Positions 20,866 through 31,508 of a stretch of 64,000 nt of DNA are shown one piece after another. Numbering within the stretch: the first letter of the stretch is position 1; every line of letters begins with the position of its first letter. This DNA comes from a virus. Both the position numbers and the translations under genes were made by a program. The notes under the pieces were generated by a model. The model saw only the letters and a list, made by a program, of their open reading frames with translations, was not told the DNA's origin and made no database searches. The DNA lies in IMG/VR virus record IMGVR_UViG_3300042453_003743, positions 1 through 64,000 of that record; one strand, 5' to 3'.

Positions 20866-22582
20866 TTTGTGTTTTGATCTTTGAAAAATTATTTTTCTTT
20901 TCAAAGTGCATTTGTTGATCAAACTTATCGGCCAGCTGTTCAGACTTGTGACTGATGATGTAAATAGAACATTTGTTCTTCATCTTGTTAAGCAATTTCA
21001 AGAATGATTCTGTTCCGGTCGTATCCAAAGAAGAATCAAGAATCTCGTCAAAGATTAACAAGTTGCAGTTCAGACTGTTCTTCATCTTGGCAATCTCGCG
21101 CCAAGTCAGCAGTATGGCCAGATCGATACGCTGTTTCTCTCCCTCAGAGAAAGAGGAATATGAAAATTCATCGCGGTATCTGGATTTGATTGTCTCCTTG
21201 AACTCTTCATCGATTGTGAAGTCAACATATAGGTTGAGTTTGGCGAGGAACTTGTTGACAAGTCCATTGATGATTGGCACGTAGTGCTTGATGATTCGGC
21301 TCTTGAGCCCGCCATCTTTGAGAATATCATATACAACGTCGTGGTGAATTTGTTCATTGATAAGTGCCTGAAGTTTCTTCGAAAGTTCTTCTTTTTGAGA
21401 TTCAGATTCTTCTAGACTTTTTTGCAGAGAAGCAATGTTACTCGATGCTTCCTTTTCTTCTTTTTCTTTCTTCAAACGCTTTACGTTTTCTTCTCCGTTG
21501 CCAATTCTGTAGTCGATTCCCATGATATCGCTGTCCAGTTGATCCATGGTGGTCTTGGTTTTTTCAGCTTCGTCTTGTGCCTCTTGAAGTTTTTGACTCT
21601 TATCTTTGGCAATCTTAATTGCCTTCTGGCACTCTAGGAGTTTTGCCTGCTTATCTGCAATGTGTTTTTCTTTTTGTGCTTGGGGGAGGTTTTGGCCGCA
21701 GCAATTGCATACAGCAGAAGTCTTTAACGATTCAATTTCCTCGTTTAAAGTGTACTCCATTGCTTCTGCCTTAGCCAACATAATCGGAACCTGTTTGAGA
21801 GATTCGATGGTTTTCTTTTGTTTTGCAAGTTCGGCACCAAAGTGTCTCAATTGTTTGACATGTTCCGCCGACTCAGATTTACTGAGTTTGATATTTTCTT
21901 CAAAAGACTTAATTTTTTCATCAATTACTTTAATGTCATCTGCATTATGCGTCTTGACTTGATCGATGAAACTTTTCTGGGATTTAATCTTTTCGTGAGC
22001 GATCTTTAAAAGGGAATCCTGTTCTGCTATATCAAACTTAAGTGAACTGAGCTGGCCCTTGACATAGGTATTCATATCTGCAAGGATGTCCAGATCAAGC
22101 AGACCCTCAATGATCTTTCTACGCTCTGCAGGAGTCAACTGCATGAAAGGCACAAAGTTTGACTTGCCAAGGATAACTACTTGTTTGAAAGCAGCGTAAT
22201 TAAACCCAAGAATGTTTTCTTCAAAATTTTCTTGATAATCTTTGGATTTGGCGTTTTGATCTAAAAGTTCGCCATCTTTAAATATTTCAAAAAGTTTGGG
22301 ACTCAGACCCCGTCGAACCAAATATTTTGATCCAGATCTGTTGAACTCTATCTCAACAACGCACTGCTTGCTGTTAACACTGTTGACCAGCTGAGGTATG
22401 TTAATAGGTCTAAAAGGCTTCCCAAAGAGTCCGAAGCAAAGGGAGTCCAAAAGGGCAAAGGACTTGCCGTGGCCGTTTATACCGGTTACTAGGGTCGTCT
22501 TATTGGTGTTTAAGTTGATCTCGCTGAAGTTGTTGCCGAACGAGCCAAAATTTTTAAAGCGAACACAAACAAATTCAATCAT
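20861..22582 (-). CDS. gp46: Recombination endonuclease ATPase subunit gp46 (Rad50/SbcC-like)
   Basis: Walker A 'GINGHGKS', CxxC zinc hook, signature 'FSEGEKQRIDLA', 'IFDEILDSSLD'. Confidence 0.96.
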   Translation of the reverse strand: MIEFVCVRFKNFGSFGNNFSEINLNTNKTTLVTGINGHGKSFALLDSLCFGLFGKPFRPINIPQLVNSVNSKQCVVEIEFNRSGSKYLVRRGLSPKLFEIFKDGELLDQNAKSKDYQENFEENILGFNYAAFKQVVILGKSNFVPFMQLTPAERRKIIEGLLDLDILADMNTYVKGQLSSLKFDIAEQDSLLKIAHEKIKSQKSFIDQVKTHNADDIKVIDEKIKSFEENIKLSKSESAEHVKQLRHFGAELAKQKKTIESLKQVPIMLAKAEAMEYTLNEEIESLKTSAVCNCCGQNLPQAQKEKHIADKQAKLLECQKAIKIAKDKSQKLQEAQDEAEKTKTTMDQLDSDIMGIDYRIGNGEENVKRLKKEKEEKEASSNIASLQKSLEESESQKEELSKKLQALINEQIHHDVVYDILKDGGLKSRIIKHYVPIINGLVNKFLAKLNLYVDFTIDEEFKETIKSRYRDEFSYSSFSEGEKQRIDLAILLTWREIAKMKNSLNCNLLIFDEILDSSLDTTGTESFLKLLNKMKNKCSIYIISHKSEQLADKFDQQMHFEKKNNFSKIKTQI

Positions 22583-23625
22583 TCTTCATCCTTGGACAGA
22601 GCACTATTATACGCTGAGTTTATGATCTCTGCAAGCATATTTTTGTTTACGCTTGTTTCGGTAATAGTGTCCAGTTCTTCGTGGAGCAATTGAAGCGTGT
22701 CCTTGTGAATATCCACCGCAACCAATTCAGGATTTGCCGTGACTTCCTCTGCAATCTGCAACTCTGCCACACCGGCCTCATAAAACTTATCCATAAATTT
22801 TTCAAACTGGTTCTGTTTTGTTCTTTTCTTAATAAAAATTTTAACGTACTTATCTTTAAAATCTGAATAATTCAGTTTTGGGATTTCGTCTTCGTTATAA
22901 TCAAACGTATAGAAAAGTTTTTCTGTATTTTGGATGAAATCAAGCGTCCTACTCTTAAAGTCAAATACGTGAAACCCCTTTTCCTCCCAAACGTCCGAAT
23001 AAGCCATTTGATATTGTGTGCCGAGATAATAAATGTTATCGCGGCTAGACTTAACATGATAATGCCCACTAAGAACATACTCAAACTTGTTGAAGTGCTT
23101 ATGGTCATAGCCCTGCTCCACAGATACACCACGAATACTTTGAAATCCACATAATTCTAAATGACCCAACAATATTGAACAAGATGTATTTTGTATGAAC
23201 TCGTATACATGAGATTCATTTTCTGGATTTATCCAAGGCAAAAGTGCCACGCACCCGTCTTTTAAATTTATCTCTGTTGGTTCAGAATATACAGTCCAAT
23301 TTGAATAATGAGAAACCAATTCATCTAAAGAATTTACTTTATTAGTATTTCTAAAAAATGTATCATGATTACCACAAATAATGTGGACTCTTATACCCAT
23401 CTCTCTTAAAGGTTCAAAAAACCTTTCTCTAACAAAATTTAATGTTTTAAAATTAATATATTTTCTTCTATCAAAAAGATCGCCTAAATGGAATATCGTA
23501 GTAATATTGTTGTTTTTAACATATGGAAACAACTGATTTTCAAAAAAAGAAAGTGTGTGTTCCAAGACAATAGTAGAATCAGCTTTGTAACCAAAATGTG
23601 TATCGTTTAGTATTACTGCTTTCAT
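22579..23625 (-). CDS. gp47: Recombination endonuclease subunit gp47 (Mre11/SbcD-like)
   Basis: 'DTHFG', 'HLGDLFDRRK', 'GNHD', 'GHLE', 'SGHYH'. Confidence 0.96.
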   Translation of the reverse strand: MKAVILNDTHFGYKADSTIVLEHTLSFFENQLFPYVKNNNITTIFHLGDLFDRRKYINFKTLNFVRERFFEPLREMGIRVHIICGNHDTFFRNTNKVNSLDELVSHYSNWTVYSEPTEINLKDGCVALLPWINPENESHVYEFIQNTSCSILLGHLELCGFQSIRGVSVEQGYDHKHFNKFEYVLSGHYHVKSSRDNIYYLGTQYQMAYSDVWEEKGFHVFDFKSRTLDFIQNTEKLFYTFDYNEDEIPKLNYSDFKDKYVKIFIKKRTKQNQFEKFMDKFYEAGVAELQIAEEVTANPELVAVDIHKDTLQLLHEELDTITETSVNKNMLAEIINSAYNSALSKDEE

Positions 23626-24203
23626 ATGTCAAAAATGTCCAATTTTGATTTTCTTTTCTTTTTAATTTTTTCTTTCTTTTCTTTCTTTTGACCCAACATC
23701 TCATCAAATCGTTCCATATCAGAATCAGTAAGTCCAAAAAAATCTTTTCTACCAATATCTACCCCAGCATAAACTTCATTAAACCAATTTTGGAAGTCTT
23801 TATTATTTTGTTGTTCTGCAAACTTATATTGTGTATATTTTTCTTTCTTTTCTTTGTTTATTATACGAACAAAAGAAAACCAGCATATTTGGGTTAGGTA
23901 ACCAAATGGGCTGGTTGAAAGTTTTGGATCAAAGTTATCTATGTATGTTATACAATTTAATACACCATCTGATACCATTTCTTCTCTGTATGGATAATTT
24001 GCAAAATTAGGTCTATAAGAAAGTCTTGATGCTATCTTTAATATACATTCACCGATATAATCTGGCAACTTTGGTTTTTTGCGTCCTGCATTCTCTGCAT
24101 CTTTTAACTTTTTTTTATATTCAACCAAAGCATTGTAAAGCTGCTGATTATCGACATAATCAGCATCTGATGGTTTGGCTTTCTTTTTCTTTAGTTTTTT
24201 CAC
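23622..24203 (-). CDS. gp55: Late transcription sigma factor gp55, GTG start
   Basis: 'YVDN..LY.AL', 'YIGEC.LKIA..LS.RPNF.NY.YREEM..DG..NC..YI.NFDP..S..PF.Y.TQI'. Confidence 0.96.
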   Translation of the reverse strand: MKKLKKKKAKPSDADYVDNQQLYNALVEYKKKLKDAENAGRKKPKLPDYIGECILKIASRLSYRPNFANYPYREEMVSDGVLNCITYIDNFDPKLSTSPFGYLTQICWFSFVRIINKEKKEKYTQYKFAEQQNNKDFQNWFNEVYAGVDIGRKDFFGLTDSDMERFDEMLGQKKEKKEKIKKKRKSKLDIFDI

Positions 24204-24209
24204 GGATTT

Positions 24210-24237
24210 ATATTACCACATAAAAATCAATTGTCAA
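24210..24237 (-). promoter_or_regulatory. Sigma70-like promoter TTGACA-N16-TAATAT (with TG extension)
   Basis: Perfect -35; -10 is 6 nt upstream of the gp55 GTG. Confidence 0.7.
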
Positions 24238-24355
24238 CTATAACTAATTTATTGACTATATTATTGATTTCCATAAAAATTTTTTATTTTAAAATTGTTT
24301 GATAGAGTTATTTTTATACCGTGCAGGGACTGTTGGAGATATTGATGTGTATAAA

Positions 24356-24979
24356 TTATTTTTTTAATAGAAAAATGGCACATCCATTCCACCACGTATT
24401 TGCATCCGGATAATCAGTAAAATATTCTATCTGTTTATATATTTTTAAATTTAAATCTTGTATAGCTCTGTTTGTGCCTTTTCGAACTTGTTCCCAATTC
24501 CAATCATCTACTATAAATATAAAACAATCATTTAAACTGTCGTAGTAATACTTCAAAGCATTGTATTGATCTATTTCATCATGTGGTCCATCAAAAAAAT
24601 AAACATCAATATTTTTAATATTGTATTTCTCTAAATCTAGAGAAAAACAGTCAGCGTCTATTATATTACACGATTTATTTAAAAATTTTTCAAAATTATT
24701 TTTAAATTCATCTTTTGGCCCATCAAATAAAGAAAAATTATCTATTAAAAAGTAATTTGACAAATTATTATTTTCATATAGAGCAGATATGCAAGTAGAA
24801 CCCTTCCAAACACCAATTTCAAGATAGTTTTTTATAGATTCTTCTTTTAATAAATTATTTAATAAATTTTTAAAAAATTTACCAGACATACCTTCAATTT
24901 GAAAAATTGATTCGGGTAAAGAAGATTTTAAATAATCAATATTATTTAATATATTTGTAAATTTATCTAGTTTATTCAT
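24356..24979 (-). CDS. Class I SAM-dependent methyltransferase (Methyltransf_24-like)
   Basis: 'YLEIGVWKGST', 'FFDGPH', 'IVDDWNW'. Confidence 0.85.
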   Translation of the reverse strand: MNKLDKFTNILNNIDYLKSSLPESIFQIEGMSGKFFKNLLNNLLKEESIKNYLEIGVWKGSTCISALYENNNLSNYFLIDNFSLFDGPKDEFKNNFEKFLNKSCNIIDADCFSLDLEKYNIKNIDVYFFDGPHDEIDQYNALKYYYDSLNDCFIFIVDDWNWEQVRKGTNRAIQDLNLKIYKQIEYFTDYPDANTWWNGCAIFLLKK

Positions 24980-24981
24980 TT

Positions 24982-26208
24982 TTATTTTAAACTTTCTATT
25001 TTTAATTTTGGAAAAAAAGAAATAACTTTGTAATCATACATTTTACAAAAAGACAATTTGTTTACTTCTTCTTTAATATTTTTTACTATTTCATCATAAA
25101 AATTCCAAGCAAGTGGTAAAAATACTGTATTATTAGCCAACAATTTAATAGAATCTTTTGATAATATTATAGTATTGCTTCCCGGTGTTAACATATTTTG
25201 TTTTAATGGATTATCATCGATTATAAAATGTAATTTTATATCCGCTGCATTTAAAAATGTGTTACCTTTAGCTGCAGCCCCATAACCAACAACCAAATAT
25301 CCCTTTTTCTTATATTCGTCAATAGTTTTTTTTGTATCTTTAATAATTTTTAAAACTGATTTTTTATATTCTTTATATCTTTTTTTATTATATCTTTTAT
25401 TTTTCTTTTCTAATTTTAAACTTTCATCAACAGATTTATTTAAATTTTTTATTTTAGAAATTTTAAAAATATAGCTTCCACCATGAATTGGAACTCTTTT
25501 TACATCATTTAAATATAAACCAACTCTACTGCATAACTTTTGCATAGATAATGTTGAAAAAAAAGATAAATGTTCATGATAAATTGTATCAAATTGATTA
25601 TTTTCTATCATGTCTGCCTGTGATGTTTGAATATACAAATTGCTTTCGTCTTTCATTAATTTTTTACAACAAGTTAAAAAATCAACAACATCATTTGTAT
25701 GCGCAAAAACATTTTGTGCAATAATCACATCATAATTTTTATTTGGTAATTTTTTTATTGCAGTTTCATTAAAATAATCTTCCACAACATAATGGGCATT
25801 TTTTGATGAAATGTGAATTAAATTCTTTGCTGGATCAATCCCATGTGCCACCCATCCTTTATTTTTAAATTTTAAAAGCTGCGTTCCATCGTTACAAGCT
25901 ATATCTAAAACAGAACCACATTTATTTTCTTTTTCTACCATTTCTACAAACCATTCAAAATAATCATGTAAAGTTTTAGATGTGCCACTAACATATAGAT
26001 AATTTAAAAACATTTTGTCGGGATCTACTACGCATGATAGCTGGGTGTGGAAACAATCGTAACAAACATTTATAGCTAATGGATATGAATCTAATTGTGA
26101 AGTACCATCGTGGTAGCTATTTGCCAGTGGCTGAGTTTTTAAATCTAAAACTTTATTTAAATTTTTTTTACCGCAACATCTGCAAAAATTTATAATTTTA
26201 TGTGACAT
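24982..26208 (-). CDS. NDP-hexose C-methyltransferase-like protein
   Basis: N-terminal CxxC...'QPLAN'...CxxC zinc site, 'VLDIACNDGT', 'QNVFAH', 'FDTIYHEH', 'IHGGS', 'YGAAAKGNTFLN', 'DDNPLKQ', 'LAWNF'. Confidence 0.88.
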   Translation of the reverse strand: MSHKIINFCRCCGKKNLNKVLDLKTQPLANSYHDGTSQLDSYPLAINVCYDCFHTQLSCVVDPDKMFLNYLYVSGTSKTLHDYFEWFVEMVEKENKCGSVLDIACNDGTQLLKFKNKGWVAHGIDPAKNLIHISSKNAHYVVEDYFNETAIKKLPNKNYDVIIAQNVFAHTNDVVDFLTCCKKLMKDESNLYIQTSQADMIENNQFDTIYHEHLSFFSTLSMQKLCSRVGLYLNDVKRVPIHGGSYIFKISKIKNLNKSVDESLKLEKKNKRYNKKRYKEYKKSVLKIIKDTKKTIDEYKKKGYLVVGYGAAAKGNTFLNAADIKLHFIIDDNPLKQNMLTPGSNTIILSKDSIKLLANNTVFLPLAWNFYDEIVKNIKEEVNKLSFCKMYDYKVISFFPKLKIESLK

Positions 26209-26209
26209 A

Positions 26210-27148
26210 TTAACCTTCGTAATTAAATGGTGTATTTCGATTCGTTAAAATCATTTTATTTTTATATTTTAATAAATCTTCTAATATAGTATCGCAACTT
26301 TCCGAAAAAACAAAATTAAATTCTTTTTCAAATTTTTGACAACACAATGAAAAATTATATTTACTAGAAATAAGTTTTTCATTAATAGAATTTTTATTAT
26401 ACTCTTTTGGATCTACCAATTCTAGTTTGCAATTTAAATGTTTTGACACATTTTGCGCAATTTCTCCAGATGTTAAAGTGAATGATGCTAAATTGTATAT
26501 TCCAGATTTGGCATTTTTCGAATTTATAATAGATTTTATGGCATTCACTAAATCTTTTATCCCCAAAATTGATCTTTTTGTTGATTCGTTAAATAAAAGA
26601 ACTTTATTATTTTTCCAAAAACTAGATACCATTGCATTTATCATGACATCATCCCTTAAAACGGGAGAATAACCATTAACCGTGCCAAATCTTAAACCAA
26701 AAAATTTTGGTTTTGGGTTTATAAGTGTAATATAACTGTCTATAGTTTGTTTTGTAAAATCATACATGTTATATGGTTTTCCAAAATTATAGTCTTCCCT
26801 TACGGATTCTATTGAACAATCACCATAAACACTACCACTACTGGCATAAATTAGTGTTTGAGATTCGTTCATTTTAGATACCAATGAAATAAAATTTCTA
26901 ACATTATTGTTAAAAACTGTTTCTGGAAATGAATCACACATCCTAACACTGGAATGGCCTGCCAAAAGAATTACATCACTAAATTGTTTTAAAAAATTAG
27001 AATCTATTTTATTATAATCAATTTTATAATTTAATAAATTTGTGGTAGAAAAAAGTTCTAAATCTAGAGATGTAATCGGATAATCTAAATCTTGTGTTAA
27101 TCTAGAACCAATATAACCTTTTGCTCCTATAATAAGTATATTTTTCAT
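26210..27148 (-). CDS. NAD-dependent nucleotide-sugar epimerase/dehydratase
   Basis: 'IGAKGYIGS' Rossmann motif, 'YASSGSVYG', YxxxK ('YDFTK'), 'LRFGTV.G.SP'. Confidence 0.9.
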   Translation of the reverse strand: MKNILIIGAKGYIGSRLTQDLDYPITSLDLELFSTTNLLNYKIDYNKIDSNFLKQFSDVILLAGHSSVRMCDSFPETVFNNNVRNFISLVSKMNESQTLIYASSGSVYGDCSIESVREDYNFGKPYNMYDFTKQTIDSYITLINPKPKFFGLRFGTVNGYSPVLRDDVMINAMVSSFWKNNKVLLFNESTKRSILGIKDLVNAIKSIINSKNAKSGIYNLASFTLTSGEIAQNVSKHLNCKLELVDPKEYNKNSINEKLISSKYNFSLCCQKFEKEFNFVFSESCDTILEDLLKYKNKMILTNRNTPFNYEG

Positions 27149-27156
27149 AATAATTT

Positions 27157-27870
27157 TTATTTTATTAAATCACTGATCGTATAATATATATCTATATTAT
27201 GTTTGTAACCGGTTACAAAATAATAATGATAAATTGATTCTATTTCTTCTTTTGTAAAAATATTACTGGATACATCTTTTCTATTAGAATGTATGATAGT
27301 GGGTTTCATTGCCAAAATTGTTTTTCCTAGATAAACATCTTCTGGATATTCTGTATTGTTGGCAATAAAATCTAAATGTTGTGGTAAATTTTTTATAATT
27401 TGCTCTATTATATTTCTTGATATGAGCAATCCAGAACCTGATAAATATAATTCATTGCCTGTATATGTTCCCAAAACAGAAGATACTATATTTGTATTAT
27501 TTAATAAATTTTTAGAAAAACTGTTTAAAATTTTTAAATTTATAAAACTTCCCGTGTGCGTTCTAAAATAAAATTGATGATCCGTTTTTAAAAAATCTAT
27601 CATATTTGATAAAGTTTTGTAGAGCATTTTGGAGCCAATTCCATCTGGAACATTATAAAAAATATCAATAGAATCTATTATTGGATTTTGGTTTAAAAAA
27701 TCATCATAGTTTATAGATTTTAATTCGGTATCACCATATATAAAATGAACTTCATCACCGGGTATCAAAGTTTTTACCCAAGTTTCTTTGCATGCTTCTA
27801 TTTGTTTTTTCCACAGTTCATTTCTTTCTTCATCTGTTTTTTTACATGCTATTGCTGCTATATAAATCAT
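27157..27870 (-). CDS. Putative glycosyltransferase (GT31/galactosyltransferase-like)
   Basis: 'CKETW', 'KTL', 'FR...SFIN', 'YLSGSGLLISR', 'PEDVYLG'. Confidence 0.6.
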   Translation of the reverse strand: MIYIAAIACKKTDEERNELWKKQIEACKETWVKTLIPGDEVHFIYGDTELKSINYDDFLNQNPIIDSIDIFYNVPDGIGSKMLYKTLSNMIDFLKTDHQFYFRTHTGSFINLKILNSFSKNLLNNTNIVSSVLGTYTGNELYLSGSGLLISRNIIEQIIKNLPQHLDFIANNTEYPEDVYLGKTILAMKPTIIHSNRKDVSSNIFTKEEIESIYHYYFVTGYKHNIDIYYTISDLIK

Positions 27871-27871
27871 T

Positions 27872-28564
27872 TTAAATCTTTTTTGCTAAAACCCAAGTCT
27901 GTGCTTGGCATACTGGATCATATTTTAATAAACCATTTTCATCAAGAACTTCTTTATAAGTACACCAATCGCCATGGGTAAAAATATAATCAATATATTT
28001 TTTATTTCCCCAATAGCCACATTCTAAAACTTCAAATCCTGAAGATTCTACCAAAGCACACAATCCATTTGGAGTGTATCCATTAAAATGTATTGGAGTC
28101 ATGTGTGGAATATTTATTGTTGGAACTGTGATATAAATAAAACCATTGTCTTTTAAATGTTCTTTTATTTTTAATAAAGCTAAAATAGGAGTATGTAAAT
28201 GCTCTATTGTCTGATTAACTAAAACAAAATCATAGTTTTTATTTTCAAGATTTAATGTGTGTAAATCGTGGTTAGGATATTCTGCGTTTGTTTGGTTTTT
28301 ATAATTTAAATATCTTAACTCTGGATCGGCTGAACATGTTGATAATAAATTCTCCCCGGTTTCAATATTATATTTTTTTATCCATTCTTTAAAATCTATA
28401 ATAGAAACTACTCTGGGGGGATCCATTTTTGAATAGCGATTCAATTCTTCTGAACTTAAACAATCTTGAAGTTTTTCAAATTTTTTAAAATAAGAGTAAG
28501 GTTTTACTACAAATTTATGATATAATTCTTCCGTATAATTATTTGTTAAAAAATTAATTTTCAT
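27872..28564 (-). CDS. SAM-dependent methyltransferase (type 11-like)
   Basis: 'YDFVLVNQTIEHL..P...L..I...LK.NG.IYITVP...H..P'. Confidence 0.75.
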   Translation of the reverse strand: MKINFLTNNYTEELYHKFVVKPYSYFKKFEKLQDCLSSEELNRYSKMDPPRVVSIIDFKEWIKKYNIETGENLLSTCSADPELRYLNYKNQTNAEYPNHDLHTLNLENKNYDFVLVNQTIEHLHTPILALLKIKEHLKDNGFIYITVPTINIPHMTPIHFNGYTPNGLCALVESSGFEVLECGYWGNKKYIDYIFTHGDWCTYKEVLDENGLLKYDPVCQAQTWVLAKKI

Positions 28565-29372
28565 TTTTTTTCTTTATTTTGTTTATCCACCATGAAGCAT
28601 TTAACATTTCACAATTCCATTTTATGGAATTATATTTTTCATAAGTTTTATTCAGCAAGTCTTCATTTAATTCATCATAAGAATTTAAAAAAAGTATTGG
28701 AAGATTATTTTCTAAATTATCGTGAGTTTTATGTCTAATAACTACCGGTATGACATTTGAATATAATGCCTCCCACATTCTATGTGTATCTATTCCATTT
28801 CCACGGGGGCACAAAATAAATTTATGATCAATCAATTCGTTTTGATATTCTTCAATTGTTTTGATTGATTCTGGATTTCTTGTGGTAGCCCAAGTTTTAT
28901 TTAAAAATTTATTGTAAAGTGGTTCTCTTATTTGTGGATAAGTAGATATTCTATGATTTATATAAAGTAATTTTTTTGGTGCAATAGATTTTTTAAATTT
29001 TTTTAATGTTATATTACAATAAGAGTTTGCAATACCTATTGGAATCGAATTTGCATTCTGTGATTCACAATTTATACCCCACCAAGAAAGATTTTTATTA
29101 TTAAATGACGAAATTATGTCGTCGGTCAAAGAATAATCGCTGTCATGCGTTATAATATTTAATTTTAAATTATTTAAAGAAAAATTTTCTAAACAATTTT
29201 TTAACAAATAAATATAATCCGTTTTACAAAAAATGATATTTCCATCACTTAATTTTGGAAGTGTTTCTGCAATATAAAAATTTGGCATTCCATTTTTTGA
29301 TTTTGTTTGTGCAAAAATAAAATCACATTTTTGTGCTAAATTTTCACCACATATAAATTCGTCATTAATCAT
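28554..29372 (-). CDS. Exostosin/GT47-like glycosyltransferase
   Basis: 'ITHDSD', 'IPIG', 'KFILCPRGNGIDTHRMWEALY...IPV'. Confidence 0.75.
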   Translation of the reverse strand: MINDEFICGENLAQKCDFIFAQTKSKNGMPNFYIAETLPKLSDGNIIFCKTDYIYLLKNCLENFSLNNLKLNIITHDSDYSLTDDIISSFNNKNLSWWGINCESQNANSIPIGIANSYCNITLKKFKKSIAPKKLLYINHRISTYPQIREPLYNKFLNKTWATTRNPESIKTIEEYQNELIDHKFILCPRGNGIDTHRMWEALYSNVIPVVIRHKTHDNLENNLPILFLNSYDELNEDLLNKTYEKYNSIKWNCEMLNASWWINKIKKKNEN

Positions 29373-30094
29373 TTTAAATTTAAAATATTGAGTAAAGTAT
29401 TTATATCATTTTTATATAATTCAATTGGTCTTAGTGAATGGCAATCAATATATTGTTCTTTTTCAAGTCGCCTTACATCATAATTCCAAAAAACTCTATC
29501 AATTCTATTTGAAGCAATTCCATAATTCCATCCACGATTTAATTTTATAATTTTACTCTGATCGTGGTATGTATCAATTTTATTTCCAAAGTATAATTCA
29601 TCAGTATCCCAACCAAAACCAAACGATAATAATCTTTCACAGTATTCATTAAAAGAACAATTTAAATCCAAAAGATTATAAAAAAAACTTCCTTTTGCAG
29701 CATTATAGCATATTGGATATCTTGATTGGTTTTTATAAGCATCTGAAGAAAAAATTACAATAGAATCGTCGGAATATGGTTTTGTTGTTTCTAAAAAATA
29801 TTTTTTAGAAATTGGAAACATATCTATGTCAGAAGTTAAACATATTTGTTCGGAATAATATTTTGTAACATACATCCGAGCTATTTGAGCTTGAAACCCA
29901 GAATCTATATTTGGTATTTTTTTTATATAATGAATTATACAATCATCTGAGTTTTCTATTTTTTCTTGATCATCTATGAGACATAATATAGGTTTTATTC
30001 CTATATGTTTATTCCAAAATAATTTAGTAAGTTCCCAAAAATTTTTATATAATGGGGTTTCGTTTGATGAAACTATGCTATAATCAATTTTCAT
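29369..30094 (-). CDS. Putative GT-A glycosyltransferase
   Basis: 'AQIAR', 'TSDIDM.P', 'YPICY', 'W.TDE', 'RIDR', 'DCH'; island context. Confidence 0.55.
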   Translation of the reverse strand: MKIDYSIVSSNETPLYKNFWELTKLFWNKHIGIKPILCLIDDQEKIENSDDCIIHYIKKIPNIDSGFQAQIARMYVTKYYSEQICLTSDIDMFPISKKYFLETTKPYSDDSIVIFSSDAYKNQSRYPICYNAAKGSFFYNLLDLNCSFNEYCERLLSFGFGWDTDELYFGNKIDTYHDQSKIIKLNRGWNYGIASNRIDRVFWNYDVRRLEKEQYIDCHSLRPIELYKNDINTLLNILNLK

Positions 30095-30861
30095 TTTTTT
30101 AATTCATCTAAAATATATCTTGCATCTGAATAATTTTTACAACCATGAAATAAAAAATATTCGACTGGACAGTTATATTTAATATAACCTTCTCTTATCA
30201 TTTCCCCCGGATTTAAACCTTTAATATAATCTTTATAACATTCCCACCACGGAAAGTAATTGTAACCTATATCTTCAGTAAATCCATGTTTTGTTGCAAG
30301 TGCATTCACTAAACCTTCATCTTCTGCATAAAACCAAATATTGTGTTTTATAGCATATTCTAAATTCCATATCATATCATCTATAAACCACATATGTTTT
30401 TTTGTATTAAAAACACAATTAGCAAAAATATAATTTATTTGTGGTTTATTTTCAGTAAAAATTTTAATAAATTCTTTTAATTGTTCTTTATTTTCTGGAT
30501 TTTCAAATGGATTGTGGGGATGTTTTGCAAATAAAGGATAATTTATAGTGTTTAATTTTTCATAATTTTTATAAAAAATATTATCTACTTCTTTTGTTGC
30601 AATCATATCACAATCTAATATTAAACAATAGTCAAATGGATTATTTTTTAATCCAATCCATTTTTGTGCATGTATATTCATCCTATTTACATTTTCTAAA
30701 TTTATTTTTTCAGTAATAACTTTACTAGAATTAAAATTATAATCAAAATTTATTGTATTAACTTTAATTTTAAAAGTACTAAATTCTTTTATTGAATCTA
30801 CTAAAACTTCCAATAAAGGTAACCAATTTTCGGTCGCAAAAGTAACAAATCCACAATTCAT
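30091..30861 (-). CDS. Putative GT-A glycosyltransferase (GT8-like)
   Basis: 'LILDCDMI' DxD, 'DEGLVN', C-terminal 'FHGCK'. Confidence 0.6.
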   Translation of the reverse strand: MNCGFVTFATENWLPLLEVLVDSIKEFSTFKIKVNTINFDYNFNSSKVITEKINLENVNRMNIHAQKWIGLKNNPFDYCLILDCDMIATKEVDNIFYKNYEKLNTINYPLFAKHPHNPFENPENKEQLKEFIKIFTENKPQINYIFANCVFNTKKHMWFIDDMIWNLEYAIKHNIWFYAEDEGLVNALATKHGFTEDIGYNYFPWWECYKDYIKGLNPGEMIREGYIKYNCPVEYFLFHGCKNYSDARYILDELKK

Positions 30862-31508
30862 ATTTTTCCTTTAAAAAATTTATAATAATCTGGGTGTCTA
30901 AAATCATTCTCATCATAAACTTCACCAACAAATTCTGTTGTTACTCTTTTAGTTGGAAAAGGTTTATTTTCAAAAAATTCATCATGAACTAAACAATTAT
31001 TTTTAATATTAGGATACACAATAAATTCTAAAAAATCTTGATCAACTTGATAATAATTTTTTTTATCAAAGTTATTTATAAGATTTTGTATACCTTTTAA
31101 AATACCATTTCTGCATCCCCACATACCAGCCAATATAGGTCTACCATGCCATTTGTGGTCTCGCATTATATGAAAATCTTTATCACTTTCAAGCCACACA
31201 TCAACCGCTTTTTTTTCTCTATAAGAAATTCGCGAATCTGTATCTCTACTAATAAAAACATCATCACCATCTGCGTATTGGAATCTCCAAAATGTATTTG
31301 ACCATGATGTTTCATCAGGCATTAGAACTACTTCTACATTTGAAAATGATTTTAACGTGTCTACAATATTTTGTGGAACCGATGAATTGATACAAAATTT
31401 ACATTCCCATCCAGAATAATACACAGAAGCCAATTCTGCATTTTTTATTGCACCCACTGTATATTTGGGGTTATCCCCCCATAGACTGAATGCTATAATT
31501 TTTTTCAT
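30858..31508 (-). CDS. Putative glycosyltransferase-like conserved protein
   Basis: 'IIAFSLWG..PKY..GA..NA', 'WRF', 'SRDTDSR', 'FHIMRDH', 'AGMWG', 'DQ.FL'. Confidence 0.6.
   Translation of the reverse strand: MKKIIAFSLWGDNPKYTVGAIKNAELASVYYSGWECKFCINSSVPQNIVDTLKSFSNVEVVLMPDETSWSNTFWRFQYADGDDVFISRDTDSRISYREKKAVDVWLESDKDFHIMRDHKWHGRPILAGMWGCRNGILKGIQNLINNFDKKNYYQVDQDFLEFIVYPNIKNNCLVHDEFFENKPFPTKRVTTEFVGEVYDENDFRHPDYYKFFKGKI

Noticed and set aside
24238-24355. Intergenic stretch with a short GC-richer patch, possible ncRNA or gene remnant
   Set aside because: No convincing stem, tRNA fold or ORF found by eye
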